IMG/VR virus record: IMGVR_UViG_3300037606_000137
Location: 46,381 to 110,380 of that record
Length of the DNA stretch: 64,000 nt
Reading direction: 5' to 3' (one strand)
Origin: a virus
Below, one piece after another: positions 37,598 through 47,775 of the stretch. The notes under the pieces were generated by a model that saw only the letters and a program-made list of their open reading frames with translations, was not told where the DNA came from and searched no databases. The stretch's first letter is position 1. Each line of letters opens with the position of its first letter. Both the position numbers and the translations under genes were made by a program.

Positions 37598-38493
37598 GTT
37601 TTTATAAAGGATTATTACATAATAGTAGAAAAGAATTAACATTTATGTTAACGCCAAAATATATATTACATATTAAAGAAAATGTAGATCAAACATTTGT
37701 ACCAAGATTTTCTTTAAAAAATATAGATATTTTTGATGATTTTCCAACAAATACACCAACTAAATTTACACCAGAATTAATTTTAAAAGCAATTAATTGG
37801 GGTATGATTATTCAAATAGATTATAAAGGTGATGAAGATGATAATTTTTCAGGACATGAACGAGTAATTTATCCTGTAGCTTTTGGAAAATCAAAAGATG
37901 GTAAATATTTAATAAGAGGTTATCATTTAAAAGGTTGGTCAATTAGTCGTGGTGGTAATGTTCAAAAAGAATGGAGATTATTTAGAGCTGATAGAATATT
38001 AAATATGACTTTTAGTGGTGCATTTTTTAGATTGGCACCTGATGGATATAATGCCGACGGCGATAAAGGTATAACAAAATTAATGGCAAGAGCCGATTTT
38101 AATCAAATACGTAATAACCAACAATCATTATTAAATAAAAATGATATTGATACATTAGATAGAGTAATTTTAAATAAAATTACAGAAGTTGAAGTAAAAG
38201 ATTTAAATTATAATTTTAAAATTTTTAGTCCATGGTCTAATAACATTATACCAAAAAAAGATGCTAAAAATATTAGAATAACTTTTGCTAAACCCTTAAT
38301 TGGTAATGGTCAATGGATTGCAATTGTTGGTTCAAGCATTGAACCAAATAATATTTTTAAATTAAAATTAAACAATACAATTATTAGTTCATATAAATCT
38401 GTAAAGTGGATAATGGCTGACGAATTAGATAAAACAAAAAATATCGAATCGCAAGTAGAATTTAAACTTTATTTATTTTTAAAAGCAAAATAA
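37594..38493 (+). CDS. WYL-domain-like protein
   Basis: IDYKG...ERVIYPVAFG...YLIRGY...WRLFRADRI. Confidence 0.7.
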   Translation: MSFYKGLLHNSRKELTFMLTPKYILHIKENVDQTFVPRFSLKNIDIFDDFPTNTPTKFTPELILKAINWGMIIQIDYKGDEDDNFSGHERVIYPVAFGKSKDGKYLIRGYHLKGWSISRGGNVQKEWRLFRADRILNMTFSGAFFRLAPDGYNADGDKGITKLMARADFNQIRNNQQSLLNKNDIDTLDRVILNKITEVEVKDLNYNFKIFSPWSNNIIPKKDAKNIRITFAKPLIGNGQWIAIVGSSIEPNNIFKLKLNNTIISSYKSVKWIMADELDKTKNIESQVEFKLYLFLKAK

Positions 38494-38897
38494 TGAAAGG
38501 TAAATCATTTAGTTTTTTTCGTTATAACAAATTCACATTTGGTGAACAAGTTGTATCACAATTTGTATTATTTGAATGTAAATTTTTATTTAGTATAATA
38601 TTATTTTATTTTCATAAAACAAATGGAACACAAGACCGTTATCATACACACGCATTTAATTCTTTAAGCGTTAAATTGTGGGGTAATTATAACGAATATA
38701 TTTTATTAACTAAAGATCCACAAAGTTTTAATATTAAAAAACGTACAAAAACTTTTAAATATTTTTCAAAAAACGTATATCATAAAATTGGTAAATCTAA
38801 TGGGTGTTGTACAATATTATTTTCTGGTTCATGGGATAAAACATGGGAAGAATTTTTAAATGAAAAAACATATACATATAATTGGAATAGAAAATGA
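38493..38897 (+). CDS. Cupin-like protein
   Basis: YHTHAF...E...YHKI metal-binding pattern. Confidence 0.6.
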   Translation: MKGKSFSFFRYNKFTFGEQVVSQFVLFECKFLFSIILFYFHKTNGTQDRYHTHAFNSLSVKLWGNYNEYILLTKDPQSFNIKKRTKTFKYFSKNVYHKIGKSNGCCTILFSGSWDKTWEEFLNEKTYTYNWNRK

Positions 38898-39148
38898 AAG
38901 CAAATATAAATATAGAAGAAATTGTTTATAATTATAAAACAGAACATATTTCTGGTTTTACATCAACAGAAGTTTTAAATATTAAAAAGTGTTTTAATTT
39001 TATAAATGAAAAAAAATTCAATGTTGCATTAATGGGAATCAGTTGTACTCGTATTAATAATGAATTAATAATATATCACCAAGATGTAATTACAGCATTA
39101 AAATGTGGTATAGATGGTAGAAATATGTACGAAAGTGAATTTGATTAA
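38894..39148 (+). CDS. Hypothetical protein
   Basis: ATGA coupling. Confidence 0.55.
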   Translation: MKANINIEEIVYNYKTEHISGFTSTEVLNIKKCFNFINEKKFNVALMGISCTRINNELIIYHQDVITALKCGIDGRNMYESEFD

Positions 39149-39150
39149 TT

Positions 39151-39546
39151 GTGGAATTTAAATTTTATAAAAACTTTGAAAACAAATGGTATATTGATAT
39201 ACCTAATTGGACTGGATCTATAGATGATTTAGAAATGGTTTCTGGTGCTGATGTAATGTTAAATATTATGACACAAGGTGATAATGAAATATATTTAACA
39301 ATTTCTGATAAACCTTTTGAATTAATACCATTGGTTAAAAACTTAGATAATTCACATGTTGATATAAGTAAATATAAACATCCAAAAAATACAATATTAA
39401 CAAAAATTAAAAACACTCCTGATATTGGTGGTGCTGAATATAATTTTGATCAATGGTGTGGAATTGATTACAACATCACTATTTGGTTGTGTGGTGTCAC
39501 TGAACACGTTTTTAGCTATCTACCTGATAGAATATATATAATATAG
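39151..39546 (+). CDS. Hypothetical protein
   Basis: WYIDIPNW...DLEMVSGAD...IWLC; GTG start. Confidence 0.6.
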   Translation: MEFKFYKNFENKWYIDIPNWTGSIDDLEMVSGADVMLNIMTQGDNEIYLTISDKPFELIPLVKNLDNSHVDISKYKHPKNTILTKIKNTPDIGGAEYNFDQWCGIDYNITIWLCGVTEHVFSYLPDRIYII

Positions 39547-39573
39547 AAAAGGACGCATTTAATGCGTCCTTTT
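39547..39573. terminator. Bidirectional terminator between convergent gene blocks
   Basis: AAAAGGACGCATT-T-AATGCGTCCTTTT. Confidence 0.9.
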
Positions 39574-39583
39574 CACTTTATAA

Positions 39584-40228
39584 TTATTTAATTAATTGTG
39601 CATATTTATATGTTAATGCTTTACGATCATCTAAACCATTTGTTCCACCATTTATACGTTTAGATATTTTTAAAATTGTTGCATCATTAATACCACCTTT
39701 ACACATATCCCATATTTTATTTTTATCAAAGAAATATATTGCACTTTCAAAAGCATATATATCTGCAACAATATCTGGTGTAGACATAATTTCTGTTTTT
39801 TTTATAGAATTTGCAAAAGCTTGATAATTTGCACGTCCTGTTAATTGTATTGCACCACGGCCTCTAAATTTCCAACCATCACCAGATGCTTCATTTCCAT
39901 TACCATTTTGATTCGCATATACGAAATTTGCTATTGGTTCAGGTTTGCGTGATAAAGTATTAGCTTTTATTTTTTCATTTGCTTCAATAATTCTATTTTT
40001 ATTAATATCAAAATCAGATTTGAATGTTATTAATAATCCACTAGCTGAATAATTTAAATTTTCACTAAAAGCTTTAAACTTTCCGGTTTCATGGCCACAT
40101 TGAGCAAAAAAATGTACCATATGATCTAAAGGCTTATTAAAAAAAATTGCAGCTTTTGTTATTGTTTCTTTACCAAAACTACCATCAGGTTTAGCTCCTA
40201 TTTTTTGTTGTAATTTTATTAAACTCAT
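39584..40228 (-). CDS. Endolysin, glycoside hydrolase family 19
   Basis: HFFAQCGHETG, ENLNYSA, GDGWKFRGRGAIQLTGRANY, RINGGTNGLDDR; N-terminal LQQKIGAKPDGSFG peptidoglycan-binding-like motif. Confidence 0.93.
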   Translation of the reverse strand: MSLIKLQQKIGAKPDGSFGKETITKAAIFFNKPLDHMVHFFAQCGHETGKFKAFSENLNYSASGLLITFKSDFDINKNRIIEANEKIKANTLSRKPEPIANFVYANQNGNGNEASGDGWKFRGRGAIQLTGRANYQAFANSIKKTEIMSTPDIVADIYAFESAIYFFDKNKIWDMCKGGINDATILKISKRINGGTNGLDDRKALTYKYAQLIK

Positions 40229-40250
40229 TTTATTTTATTTCATTTTGTTT

Positions 40251-40619
40251 TTATTTATAAATAATATTTACATTATTTACACCAAGATCTATATTTATTA
40301 TTCCAATATCTTGTACAGTACCAGATAATATATAAACGTTTATAATATAATCATTTGTAGATAATTCTGGGATATGTTCTTCAAATTGTTCTTTAATACT
40401 ATCTTGTATAGTTGTTGCTGGGAAACTTGTTTTCCATAAATATTTTGGTATATCAGCACCAAAATCTGGATTGCCTAAAACATCACCTTTATTTGTCATT
40501 AAAATAACATACATTTTAGAAATAACTGTATCTAAAAATGTAGTTGTTTCAATTTGTGTTTCGTTATAAAATGGATCAGTTGTTCCTTTTATATAAATAT
40601 CTGATATATCCGTTGCCAT
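40251..40619 (-). CDS. Baseplate wedge protein, gp25-like
   Basis: LMTNKGDVLGNPDFGADI. Confidence 0.75.
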   Translation of the reverse strand: MATDISDIYIKGTTDPFYNETQIETTTFLDTVISKMYVILMTNKGDVLGNPDFGADIPKYLWKTSFPATTIQDSIKEQFEEHIPELSTNDYIINVYILSGTVQDIGIINIDLGVNNVNIIYK

Positions 40620-40634
40620 ACGTTATATATTAAT

Positions 40635-41378
40635 TTATACTGTTATCTTATAAGTATTATTTTTATTATAAAAGTTTTTATGAAACATACAAGTGATAAC
40701 TTTAAATGTAATTACATCAGTTTTTTTATTTGATAACAATGAACCAACAACATTTAAATCATTAGTTGAATTATGAATTAAAACTGGATCATTTATATTT
40801 AAAGTGTTATCAATTAATAAATCAATTATTTGTTCTGTTGCATTATCTACAGTTTGTTTAATATCACCATTCTTAATATATTCACTAGATCTACCTTGTC
40901 TTTCCATTGAATGCATTGAATGTTTTAAATCTAATTCAATTGTAATAGTTTTTGTAATTTTACCAATGTTTGCAACTGTATCAAAAGCATAATCTTCATT
41001 CATATCTACACTAATATATGATTTAGCAATATCTATAAAATTTGTAACTTCATTTGATTTATATGTATCTAAAGATGCAATAACATCTTGTTGTACATTA
41101 TCATCTTCATCATCATATCTACGAATTAAATCATAACTAATTTCCCATGTTGTTGTACTATCAGATTCTACAATAAAATAACCATCAGATAAATCACCAG
41201 AAATATTCCATGCATGAATTCCGGCCCAATCTGTACTTGTAACAGATTCTTTTGTGAATGTATTATTTAATGTTTGTACAAAAGTTTTTTTAAATCTTTT
41301 AATTTCAATTTCTTCATGAGATATATCACCCATAGACTCATTTATGTATTGTTTGAATTCTTTTATATTTGTTATCAT
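40635..41378 (-). CDS. Probable internal head/virion protein
   Basis: N-terminus MITNIKEFKQYINES resembles T4-type capsid-targeting propeptides. Confidence 0.5.
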   Translation of the reverse strand: MITNIKEFKQYINESMGDISHEEIEIKRFKKTFVQTLNNTFTKESVTSTDWAGIHAWNISGDLSDGYFIVESDSTTTWEISYDLIRRYDDEDDNVQQDVIASLDTYKSNEVTNFIDIAKSYISVDMNEDYAFDTVANIGKITKTITIELDLKHSMHSMERQGRSSEYIKNGDIKQTVDNATEQIIDLLIDNTLNINDPVLIHNSTNDLNVVGSLLSNKKTDVITFKVITCMFHKNFYNKNNTYKITV

Positions 41379-41395
41379 AATATTTATTTATATTT

Positions 41396-42151
41396 TTAAT
41401 TAGTTTTATTGAAAAAGAATGATGCTCTTGTAATACCTTTAATATATTCTTTTGTTTCTATAACAAGTTTGTCACCACGATCATAAATACGATCTGTGCT
41501 TATTTTTGAGTTACCTGCTAATTCCATGTCAACAAAAGACAAGTGTGTTGCATAATCCATCATTGCCATACCTGTAACATATTTAATAAACCATGGATCA
41601 GCGAATAAAAATTGTTCAGGTATAGATGCATAAACTTCTAATATTAAATTATTACGTAATGATGTTTGAACTTCAAATCTTTTACTATTTGGATCAAATG
41701 CAAACTTAACGGTAGTTTTAACAAACATAGAAATTGCATCTTGTAATGTTTGCATTACACCTACAGATTGTGCAAATTCAGAAACATTAATAGCTGCAAC
41801 ATATGGTGTTGATGTCATTCCTAAAGCAACGCTGTTATTAGGCATTAAATATCCTAAATTACGCATATTACTAAAATTAACATTATAAATCCATCTGATA
41901 GCTTGTATTTCTTTAGGTAATGTTATAAACTTTACACCATTTGAATTGTTTTTAAATAATGATTGTAAATCAACGTAATAATATGTTCGTTGTGTTGCAT
42001 ATTTGTATTCACGATAAAACCAAGGTAATGCATCATATTGAATAACTCTTTCAATATTTTCATTACCTAATGTATACGGAAGTTTACAATTGAATGTAAT
42101 ATTTTGTCGAATTATATCAATAAATTCATCTAGGCCATATTCATTTTCCAT
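41396..42151 (-). CDS. Probable neck/head-completion protein (gp13-like)
   Basis: Size, context and C-terminal DPWFIKYVTG...ELAGNSKISTDRIY pattern. Confidence 0.5.
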   Translation of the reverse strand: MENEYGLDEFIDIIRQNITFNCKLPYTLGNENIERVIQYDALPWFYREYKYATQRTYYYVDLQSLFKNNSNGVKFITLPKEIQAIRWIYNVNFSNMRNLGYLMPNNSVALGMTSTPYVAAINVSEFAQSVGVMQTLQDAISMFVKTTVKFAFDPNSKRFEVQTSLRNNLILEVYASIPEQFLFADPWFIKYVTGMAMMDYATHLSFVDMELAGNSKISTDRIYDRGDKLVIETKEYIKGITRASFFFNKTN

Positions 42152-42154
42152 TAT

Positions 42155-43492
42155 TTATTTTAAATCTTTTTTCTTTTTATCAATTGGATTTACTCTCCAA
42201 AAAGTATCTTTATTTGCCATTTTAACACTCATATCAATATCTGCATCAGATCCAACAGTTCCAGATCTAAATACACCGTTTTTCATTATACAATTTAATG
42301 TACCACCATCAAATAAACAGTTATTTAATTCAGTCCATTCTAAACCATTACAATTAGATAATCTAGTATTTGTTATTTCAGATTCATATATATTTGAATT
42401 ATAAATATGTCCATTTTCAATAGTTGTACCAATAATATCACAGTTAAAAATTGTACAATTTTTAATTTGACAATCAATAAAATCAACATGTTTAATATAA
42501 TGTATATTATTTAATAAACCATTTAATAATTCTAATCTATTTGTAGTACTATTATAATTAATTGTTAAATCGTTAATACTATCACATGAACGAATCACTT
42601 CAAATAATTTATTTTTAAATTTATCCCATGACATTTTAATCATTTTATATGATGCGTTTTTATCTACTTGAACATTAACCCCTGATATATTAGCTAAAAA
42701 GTCATCATATGTTTTATATTGTTTCATCCAATTAATATTATCTTCTAAATATGATAATAATTTAATTTGATCTTCATCGTTTAAATCATTAGTTATTGCC
42801 AAACGTGTTTGTAATATAAAATAATCCATTGCTGATAATATTTCATCAGTTTTTTCTTCATATTTTTCTCCACCAATATATCTAAATTCTAAATAACCAT
42901 TAATTTTTTTTTGAAAGTTTATACCATAATATTTAGTATTATCTGGTATTTTTAATGTTTGTAAAATTGAATCTAAAGCTGATTGTGAATTACACCAATC
43001 TTCAAATGGTACGATCCATTTAATAGATCTCGCATAAATATTATTACGTCTAGTAGGAAATAAATCATAAACAAAATCTTCATTGAAATTTAAAATTAAT
43101 TTAATAGGATTTAAATCCATCATTTTAATATCTGTAAATGAAATATTTATATGTATTGAACAATGATCATCAGTATATCCATGTTTTTTAATAAATTCTA
43201 ACATTTTAATAATAATAACTCTTGCATCAATCCAAGACATTTGTCCTGTAATTAATTCAACCATTTCTGATCCACCAGAATAATCGGGTTCTATTTTAAA
43301 ATGTTTATCATCAACTTTAAATGCAGAATGATAAACATTAAAACCCCATATCTCTATTGGCTGAAATTCTAAATTTAATAATTCCATTGTTTTAATATAA
43401 GAATAGTTTGAAAAAAATTCAAACTCCAATCCAATAACCGCAGTTTGTAAGTCTTTCCAATTATTAATAAATTTGTTATTAAATGAATTCAT
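42155..43492 (-). CDS. Putative amidoligase (COOH-NH2 ligase) with a C-terminal beta-helix-like tail
   Basis: IGLEFEF, EPDYS..ELIT, CSIHINIS, KYYGINF, YLEFRYIGG. Confidence 0.78.
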   Translation of the reverse strand: MNSFNNKFINNWKDLQTAVIGLEFEFFSNYSYIKTMELLNLEFQPIEIWGFNVYHSAFKVDDKHFKIEPDYSGGSEMVELITGQMSWIDARVIIIKMLEFIKKHGYTDDHCSIHINISFTDIKMMDLNPIKLILNFNEDFVYDLFPTRRNNIYARSIKWIVPFEDWCNSQSALDSILQTLKIPDNTKYYGINFQKKINGYLEFRYIGGEKYEEKTDEILSAMDYFILQTRLAITNDLNDEDQIKLLSYLEDNINWMKQYKTYDDFLANISGVNVQVDKNASYKMIKMSWDKFKNKLFEVIRSCDSINDLTINYNSTTNRLELLNGLLNNIHYIKHVDFIDCQIKNCTIFNCDIIGTTIENGHIYNSNIYESEITNTRLSNCNGLEWTELNNCLFDGGTLNCIMKNGVFRSGTVGSDADIDMSVKMANKDTFWRVNPIDKKKKDLK

Positions 43493-43507
43493 ATGTTTTA
43501 TATATTA

Positions 43508-43537
43508 AAAAAGTCCATCATTAATGATAGACTTTTT
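43508..43537 (-). terminator. Intrinsic terminator
   Basis: AAAAAGTCCATCATTAATGATAGACTTTTT. Confidence 0.7.
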
Positions 43538-43554
43538 ATGTAATTTGTTTTTAT

Positions 43555-43803
43555 TTATTTTGATTTAATATCATTAAGTAATGATATTTTATCTCGAATG
43601 CTATCTTTTAAACATTCTTCTAATTGATCTGTTTCAAATTGAATATTTTCAATTGTTAATTTACGGTATACACGATTATAAATGAATTTATAATTATCTT
43701 CATCAATATTTAAAAAATTCATTAAATGTATCGGTTTTATACCTTCACTAATATAATCATTTAATACATCATTAATATAAAAGTAAATCTTATTTATAAT
43801 CAT
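43555..43803 (-). CDS. Hypothetical protein
   Basis: ORF in the minus-strand run. Confidence 0.5.
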   Translation of the reverse strand: MIINKIYFYINDVLNDYISEGIKPIHLMNFLNIDEDNYKFIYNRVYRKLTIENIQFETDQLEECLKDSIRDKISLLNDIKSK

Positions 43804-43806
43804 AGT

Positions 43807-44157
43807 TTATCTATTAAAATATTGTTCTAATTTAGCTTTTAATACCAATTTATGGTAATCTGTTTCAATAGAATTTTTTTTAGTTTCATACATTGCAATA
43901 ATATTATTATATGCAATATTCATTTCTTCTTCTTCGGTATTATTTAATTGTGCTGATTCTTTAACTGTTTCAACTACATTTAATGAATTCATTTCATAAT
44001 CAACAACATTATCAATTGAATCTATTACACTATCAACTAATTCACCTGCATTACTTTCAGAATTTGCTACAACTGTACCTTCTATTTTAACAGTTGCCAT
44101 ATACTTATATGTTTTAGTTTCATCTTGTTCTTTTATTAATTCTGTTAAGTTTCTCAT
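43807..44157 (-). CDS. Hypothetical acidic, possibly virion, protein
   Basis: Acidic composition; late-gene context. Confidence 0.55.
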   Translation of the reverse strand: MRNLTELIKEQDETKTYKYMATVKIEGTVVANSESNAGELVDSVIDSIDNVVDYEMNSLNVVETVKESAQLNNTEEEEMNIAYNNIIAMYETKKNSIETDYHKLVLKAKLEQYFNR

Positions 44158-44181
44158 TTTGTTTTTTATTTGTTTTTTATT

Positions 44182-44676
44182 TTATAAAATTTCATTCATT
44201 AACTCGTTTATTAATGATATTGATTTTGTATTTATTTCTTCGTTATTCATATCACTAATAGATACAAAATCAATATCATTACCATTATCATCAATAAAGT
44301 ATTTAGAATAATTAATTGATTTAATATTTATATCATAATTATCATCTGAATATTCAGCTGGTTGTAATTGTGTTTCTCCCGTTTCTAATTTACCGCCATT
44401 ATTTATTACAGTATATTCAAAATCTAACTGTTCATCAAAATCCACTTCTTCATTTCTTATAGAAACTTCAGCATTGAACATTTCACCTGGATTTTCATAT
44501 CCATTATTACTTGTTATAACGAATTTACCAACTTTCAAATCTGTATGAATTTTACGTTTAAAATCATATTTATAATTAGTAATTATAAAATCAATTATTT
44601 CGATGGTTCTATTTTTTGAAAAATCTCTATCAGATTTGAATTCTTCAAATAATTTAATTATAATTTTCTTTTCCAT
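44182..44676 (-). CDS. Hypothetical acidic, possibly virion, protein
   Basis: IIKLFEEFK N-terminus. Confidence 0.55.
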   Translation of the reverse strand: MEKKIIIKLFEEFKSDRDFSKNRTIEIIDFIITNYKYDFKRKIHTDLKVGKFVITSNNGYENPGEMFNAEVSIRNEEVDFDEQLDFEYTVINNGGKLETGETQLQPAEYSDDNYDINIKSINYSKYFIDDNGNDIDFVSISDMNNEEINTKSISLINELMNEIL

Positions 44677-45278
44677 TTTAATTGTGTGCTAATATTTTTT
44701 GCATTACATTGTTGTAATAATTTCATAATAGTATTTCTGTTTTTATCATTCAATTTATCAATTGAATTTATAAAAAATATATTATTTTCATATAACGATT
44801 TAAAATCATTTTTAGTTATTTGTGTATTTAATATCTTAGTTAATTTTTCAATCTTTAAATTTTCTTTTACATACATTACACATTCAAACGGAAATTCATT
44901 TTCAGTCATATCTGTTGTAAATGTTAATGGATTTTCTGGATATTCATCATCTGGAATATTATCTAAAATTTCTACAATTTCACCCATATTATTTTGTACA
45001 AATGCAACAGATATATCATCTGGTGCTTGTGTAGGATCAACAAATATTTTTTGTACCATTCCAATTGTGTCTGGTTTAGACATATCAAAATCTTTAGCAT
45101 ACATTGCAATATCTAAACATTGTTTAGACACAACACTATTTATTGTTTTATCTGCTGGAAAATTAATATCATCTGAATTTGAAACAGCAATTTCGTTGAT
45201 TTGTTTATTTTTAAACTCACAAACAGCTATAGCAATTAGAGTTTGTTTCTTTTTCCACTCATTTAAAGATATAATCAT
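44658..45278 (-). CDS. Hypothetical, possibly virion, protein
   Basis: MIISLNEWKK N-terminus. Confidence 0.55.
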   Translation of the reverse strand: MIISLNEWKKKQTLIAIAVCEFKNKQINEIAVSNSDDINFPADKTINSVVSKQCLDIAMYAKDFDMSKPDTIGMVQKIFVDPTQAPDDISVAFVQNNMGEIVEILDNIPDDEYPENPLTFTTDMTENEFPFECVMYVKENLKIEKLTKILNTQITKNDFKSLYENNIFFINSIDKLNDKNRNTIMKLLQQCNAKNISTQLKWKRKL

Positions 45279-45315
45279 ATTTAAAATTGTATTTATTTGT
45301 ATTATATATATTTAT

Positions 45316-46200
45316 TTAAAAATTGAATTCATCATAATTTTCATCGTCTACATCTTGTTTAAATGCACCAACCGTATAAGAAATTATTTCTTCTTCCTGT
45401 GTATTAACATACATATCATAATGATATAATTTCCAGCCTTGTGTTTTACCGTATTTGGGCGCAATAGATGTATTAATTCGTTTATCTAATGTTGATTTAG
45501 ATATATTGTATTTTTTACAAAAATCTATTATATCATTACCTTTTACATTATATACACCATTTAATGATGATGTAAATATATAATTTAATGCACGTTTACT
45601 TTTTTTCCCTTTATTGGCTTTCCCTATTTTATTTCTTATTTCTTGTGTAACTTCAACACCATATCTAGCATTACCTTTACCACTCTGTAATTTCGATAAT
45701 AATTTTAATGTTTCTGTTGTATGTTTTTTTCCTTTAAAATATCCACCTGCATCTTTTTGTAATTTGTTTCTTAATTTTCTTTGTATTTTAGCTTTTTCAA
45801 CACCATATATTTCTTCATATGTTTTACCGGCATGATTAGGAGGTCGATTATCAATACAAAAATTACATAAAGTTCCACGTTTAATAGTTTCACCATCAAT
45901 TGTTCCTATTTCTTTAATTAAAATAGATTCTAAATCATATACAATACTTTCATTTGTATTTTGATTTATTTCTATAATAAATGGATTTAAATTCAATTTA
46001 AATATTTTATCTAATTTATTATATAAAATTGAATTTATTCTACTTTTACGGTTTGTTTTATAATATGTTATATGATTATTTTTTCTCTTGTTTTTACCTT
46101 TTCCAACATAAATTGGTTCATATAAAAAACAAATATCATTATATTCATATTTTCCTGGTTTTCTTGGGTCTAAATATATGTAATTATAAAAAATATCCAT
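45316..46200 (-). CDS. GIY-YIG-type homing endonuclease with NUMOD3-like repeats, ending in a copy of the NrdB C-terminal tail
   Basis: YIYLDPRK...YVGKGKNKR and KGKKHTTET; ends QEEEIISYTVGAFKQDVDDENYDEFNF. Confidence 0.82.
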   Translation of the reverse strand: MDIFYNYIYLDPRKPGKYEYNDICFLYEPIYVGKGKNKRKNNHITYYKTNRKSRINSILYNKLDKIFKLNLNPFIIEINQNTNESIVYDLESILIKEIGTIDGETIKRGTLCNFCIDNRPPNHAGKTYEEIYGVEKAKIQRKLRNKLQKDAGGYFKGKKHTTETLKLLSKLQSGKGNARYGVEVTQEIRNKIGKANKGKKSKRALNYIFTSSLNGVYNVKGNDIIDFCKKYNISKSTLDKRINTSIAPKYGKTQGWKLYHYDMYVNTQEEEIISYTVGAFKQDVDDENYDEFNF

Positions 46201-46636
46201 TAGTATTAATCGTTGTATTTATTGTTTCTATTTTGTATTCAGAATATAATATTTGTTTAAAAATATTTATATTTTTTCCATAAACAAACAATTTTTTATC
46301 ATAAATACGACATGGTGTAATATCTAAAACGTTTTTTGTTTTTTTGTTAATAACAACAGAATGTAAAATACATAATAATGTTGTGTTTTCTTTATTAATT
46401 AATACATAAAAACCTAATAATTTATCATATGTTTTATTTTTTTTAATGAATATATTAACATTATTATGACAATTATTTTCACCATATATACTAAAATTTG
46501 TATTTGTAGATAATAATTCAATTGAATCATTATTAATAAAAACTTCTAATTTTTTAAATATTTTAGAAGTTTTTATTGGTAAATACCACTTATGTATTAT
46601 ATCCGATTTAAAAATTGAATTCATCATAATTTTCAT
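46184..46636 (-). CDS. Hypothetical protein within the nrdB-associated insertion
   Basis: CHNNV...GFY...HSVV...LDITP motif; lies between the two repeat copies. Confidence 0.55.
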   Translation of the reverse strand: MKIMMNSIFKSDIIHKWYLPIKTSKIFKKLEVFINNDSIELLSTNTNFSIYGENNCHNNVNIFIKKNKTYDKLLGFYVLINKENTTLLCILHSVVINKKTKNVLDITPCRIYDKKLFVYGKNINIFKQILYSEYKIETINTTINTNGYFL

Positions 46637-47681
46637 CGTCTACATCTTGTTTAAATGCACCAACCGTATAAGAAATTATTTGTTCTTCCTGTGGTGCTTC
46701 CTGAACAGTATTACCACCAATCCAATTACCAATCCATGAAATTGGGTTTTTAACTTTATCAAAAATTGGATCTAATTTTATCATTTTTAATCGATTATTA
46801 GTTAACCATTGCATATATTCAATTAATATATCTGAATTTAACCCAATAATAGATCCATCTTTAAATAAATATTTAGCCCATTCAATTTCTTCATCTGCTG
46901 CATCTTTATACATTTGAATAACCGTTTCTTTACAATCTTCTGCAATTTGTAGAAAACCTTCACTTTCATCTTCACCCATGCGTTTTAAAACAAATGAACT
47001 AAAACCCATATGTAAATTTTCATCTCTTGCAATTAACGATATAATTTTAGCATTACCTGTCATTTTTTTATTTTGTGCAAAAGCAAAAGAACATGCAAAT
47101 GATACATAAAATCTAATACCTTCTAAAATGTTAATAGAAACTAAAGTTAAATATAATTTCTTCTTTCTATCATATTCAGATTCATCTGGTATTTTATTAA
47201 TCAATGCATCGTAATATTTTGTAACCGAACTTGCTCTTTTAATAATTTCTTCATCTTCTAAAATATTATCCAATACTTCTGTAGGATTTGTATAAATTTG
47301 TTTAATAATATATGTGTACGAATATGAATGTATTGTTTCAGAAAACTCCCATGCTTTAGCAAATGCCTCTATTTCAGAATTTGTACAATTTTCTAATAAA
47401 TTAGAAATACCTCGTGATTGAATACTGTCTAGTAATATTTGGTACCCAAGATTTTTTGTAAATATAAATTTCTCATGTTCAGATAAATTATTAAAATCAC
47501 TTTTATCTTTACTTACATTAATTTCTTCTGGTCTCCAAAAGTATGATAATTGTTGTTTAAACATATTAAACAATTTTTCATATTTTGGTTGATCATATCG
47601 TTGTATTCCCATTCCTTCTTTACCGAAAAAAATTGGTTGTAACGAATTTTTTTTTTGATTTGTATTTATTATTGATTTCAT
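46608..47681 (-). CDS. nrdB: Class Ia ribonucleotide reductase beta subunit
   Basis: FWRPEE, LLDSIQ, ETIHSYSY, LEGIRFYVSF, IARDENLH. Confidence 0.97.
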   Translation of the reverse strand: MKSIINTNQKKNSLQPIFFGKEGMGIQRYDQPKYEKLFNMFKQQLSYFWRPEEINVSKDKSDFNNLSEHEKFIFTKNLGYQILLDSIQSRGISNLLENCTNSEIEAFAKAWEFSETIHSYSYTYIIKQIYTNPTEVLDNILEDEEIIKRASSVTKYYDALINKIPDESEYDRKKKLYLTLVSINILEGIRFYVSFACSFAFAQNKKMTGNAKIISLIARDENLHMGFSSFVLKRMGEDESEGFLQIAEDCKETVIQMYKDAADEEIEWAKYLFKDGSIIGLNSDILIEYMQWLTNNRLKMIKLDPIFDKVKNPISWIGNWIGGNTVQEAPQEEQIISYTVGAFKQDVDDENYDEFNF

Positions 47682-47775
47682 ATTATTTATTTGTTTATTT
47701 TATATAAATAATAAAGAAAAATGTTTATATAATACATAAACATTTTTCTTTATTTATTTTATGTTTTATATTGTT

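Larger units (their letters stand above)
45314..46693. repeat. 88-bp direct repeat of the nrdB 3' end (45314..45401 and 46606..46693, one mismatch)
   Basis: Direct comparison of the two copies; the mismatch is c45390 versus g46682. Confidence 0.95.

Noticed and set aside
44686-45429. 247-aa plus-strand ORF
   Set aside because: Antisense shadow of the minus-strand gene run, with a composition typical of reverse-complemented AT-rich codons.
45316-46607. Group I intron in nrdB as in T4
   Set aside because: nrdB is complete with its own stop; the insert is bounded by a direct repeat rather than splice sites.
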